The notes beneath the pieces are model-generated. The model saw nothing but the letters and a program-made list of their open reading frames with translations, was not told the origin of the DNA and ran no database searches. 9,659 nucleotides of DNA. It comes from Paramicrosporidium saccamoebae KSL3 (Eukaryota; Fungi; Cryptomycota). Location of the stretch: NCBI GenBank assembly GCA_002794465.1, contig MTSL01000140.1, forward strand, positions 1 through 9,659, in the 5' to 3' direction. This document shows, piece after piece, positions 8,478 to 9,659 of this stretch (positions within the stretch are counted from its first letter, which is position 1; each line of letters opens with the position of its first letter). The position numbers and the translations under genes are program-made.

Positions 8478-9363
8478 ATGCAAAGCTTGTTACATTCGGT
8501 GGGAGAGTACCTAACGCCTGCTTTGAAGGACTCGAAATTTCGTGAGACCGGACGGCTCACCCCCGAAGAGTTTGTTCTGGCCGGTGATTTCCTCGTGTTC
8601 AAGTGTCCCACATGGCAATGGGGAGTGGGGGAAACATCTCGCCGCAGGAGTATCCTTCCCAAAGAGAAGCAGTTCCTTGTTACCCGAAACGGTGCCCCAA
8701 CCTCAAATGTCTCACCTCATAGTGCCCTGTATAAAGACTGTGCAAGAGGCAATTGCCGACTTTAACGAAGAGTGCAGGGAAGACTTTACCTGGGTCAATG
8801 CAGCCCTCGCTGAGGACGACAATGGCAGCAGCACTAGTGTGGTGGAGATGCCGCCGCCACTAGAAGACACAATGGAGGAGCTTCATATCACCGGAAATGG
8901 TGACGATGAGGACATTCCCGATTTGGAATCATTCAACAGTACCGACAACGTCATCAATCCGGTCGATCCCAGCGAATTTGTTCCTACTGATAATATTGTC
9001 CGTACGCGCACCTACGATCTCTACATTACCTATGACAAATACTATCAAACGCCCCGACTGTGGTTGGCTGGCTATGATGAAAGCTCCAACCCTCTCCCAC
9101 CCACAAAAATTTTTGATGACATTAGTCGGGAGCACGCCCACAAGACGGTTACTATTGAGACACATCCACATTTGGACACGCCCATGGCCAGCATTCATCC
9201 CTGTCGACATGCACATGTAATGCGACGGATTGTAGAATATACCGAGTCGCATGGTGAGGGAAAGATGGTGCGAGTGGATCAGTATTTGGTCATTTTCCTA
9301 AAGTTCATGTCTACAGTGTTGCCCACCATTAACTACGACTATACAATGTCTCTTGAAAACTAA
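8478..9363 (+). CDS. ATG3: Autophagy-related protein 3 (E2-like Atg8-conjugating enzyme), 284 aa. Exons 8478..8691 and 8723..9363.
   Basis: [48 protein letters not shown]...[11 protein letters not shown], an acidic flexible region, [25 protein letters not shown], the catalytic SIHPCRHA and [25 protein letters not shown] are Atg3 signatures. The ORF-track start at 8475 is a TTG; the first ATG is at 8478. Confidence 0.98.
8692..8722 (+). other. Spliceosomal intron of ATG3, 31 nt, phase 1
   Basis: GTGCCCCAACCTCAAATGTCTCACCTCATAG. Removal restores the conserved T-R-N-V-P-C. The likely branch motif CTCAC lies 7 nt before the end. Confidence 0.93.
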
Positions 9364-9447
9364 ATTTCATTTAATGTAGCAATCCCCTGGTCCTGGGTCG
9401 GTAATGTTGTTTATCAGTAGCCCCGATGTCATTGGACGACAGCAGCA

Positions 9448-9659
9448 ATGGCGTTGTTCCGTGCAGTAGCTCTCCTCGCAGCCGTATTATCGGTTGCCAA
9501 GACGAACATGGCCCCTCGCAGCAAAGATACAGTAGTGGAGAGACCTTCTGGGCGGATGGAGTATATCCGTGAGCCAACCGTCGATGAGGATGGGTATATG
9601 CGTTCCGCACGGGGATTCTATGAACCGATTGAGGACTATGACGAAGAAGGCAATACAAT
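9448..9659 (+). CDS. 5' part of a hypothetical secreted or membrane protein with a predicted signal peptide; runs off the right edge
   Basis: The first ATG after an in-frame TAG (9418-9420), in a good context (gcaATGg), opens MALFRAVALLAAVLSVAKTNMAPRSKDTVVERPSGRMEYIREPTVDEDGYMRSARGFYEPIEDYDEEGNT with no stop before the edge. A basic residue followed by the hydrophobic stretch AVALLAAVLSVA fits a signal peptide. Confidence 0.75.
   Translation, partial: MALFRAVALLAAVLSVAKTNMAPRSKDTVVERPSGRMEYIREPTVDEDGYMRSARGFYEPIEDYDEEGNT

Noticed and set aside
7880-8662. 260-aa minus-strand ORF as a full overlapping gene
   Set aside because: It starts with a non-ATG codon and is antisense to both the kinase 3' end and ATG3 exon 1, with no recognisable domain. 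Only its intergenic part (from ATG 8431) is kept as a low-confidence candidate.
9371-9658. 95-aa minus-strand ORF (MYCLLRHSPQ...)
   Set aside because: It is better explained as the antisense shadow of the + strand signal-peptide ORF starting at 9448.
1-9659. tRNA, rRNA, CRISPR array or transposon
   Set aside because: I found no cloverleaf or T-loop (GTTCRA) structure, no repeat-spacer array, and no terminal inverted repeats or transposase/RT ORF. Nearly all of the sequence is accounted for by host protein genes.

Overview
This is a gene-dense eukaryotic window, not prokaryotic. It looks like a compact fungal or fungus-related genome; a Rozellomycota/early-microsporidia-like lineage is plausible but only an inference. 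Five genes are supported. (1) PRP8 on the minus strand, 6112 to <1, with one 32-nt intron; it runs off the left edge and is absent from the ORF track. It is colinear with canonical Prp8 and has no intein. (2) A RanBP1/YRB1 gene on the minus strand with two 32-nt introns and a repetitive S/T/E/K tail. (3) An intronless non-RD Ser/Thr kinase on the plus strand. (4) ATG3 on the plus strand with one 31-nt intron. (5) The 5' end of a signal-peptide protein on the plus strand, starting at 9448 and also absent from the ORF track. Intergenic gaps are 154, 80, 282 and 84 bp. The 282-bp gap contains a well-formed 30-nt intron-like element on the minus strand, suggesting an unannotated spliced micro-gene or ncRNA. 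The four introns fixed by protein homology are all 31-32 nt with little or no polypyrimidine tract, and the ATG3 intron has a strongly non-consensus donor. I found no convincing novel multi-gene system, mobile element, CRISPR array or RNA gene.
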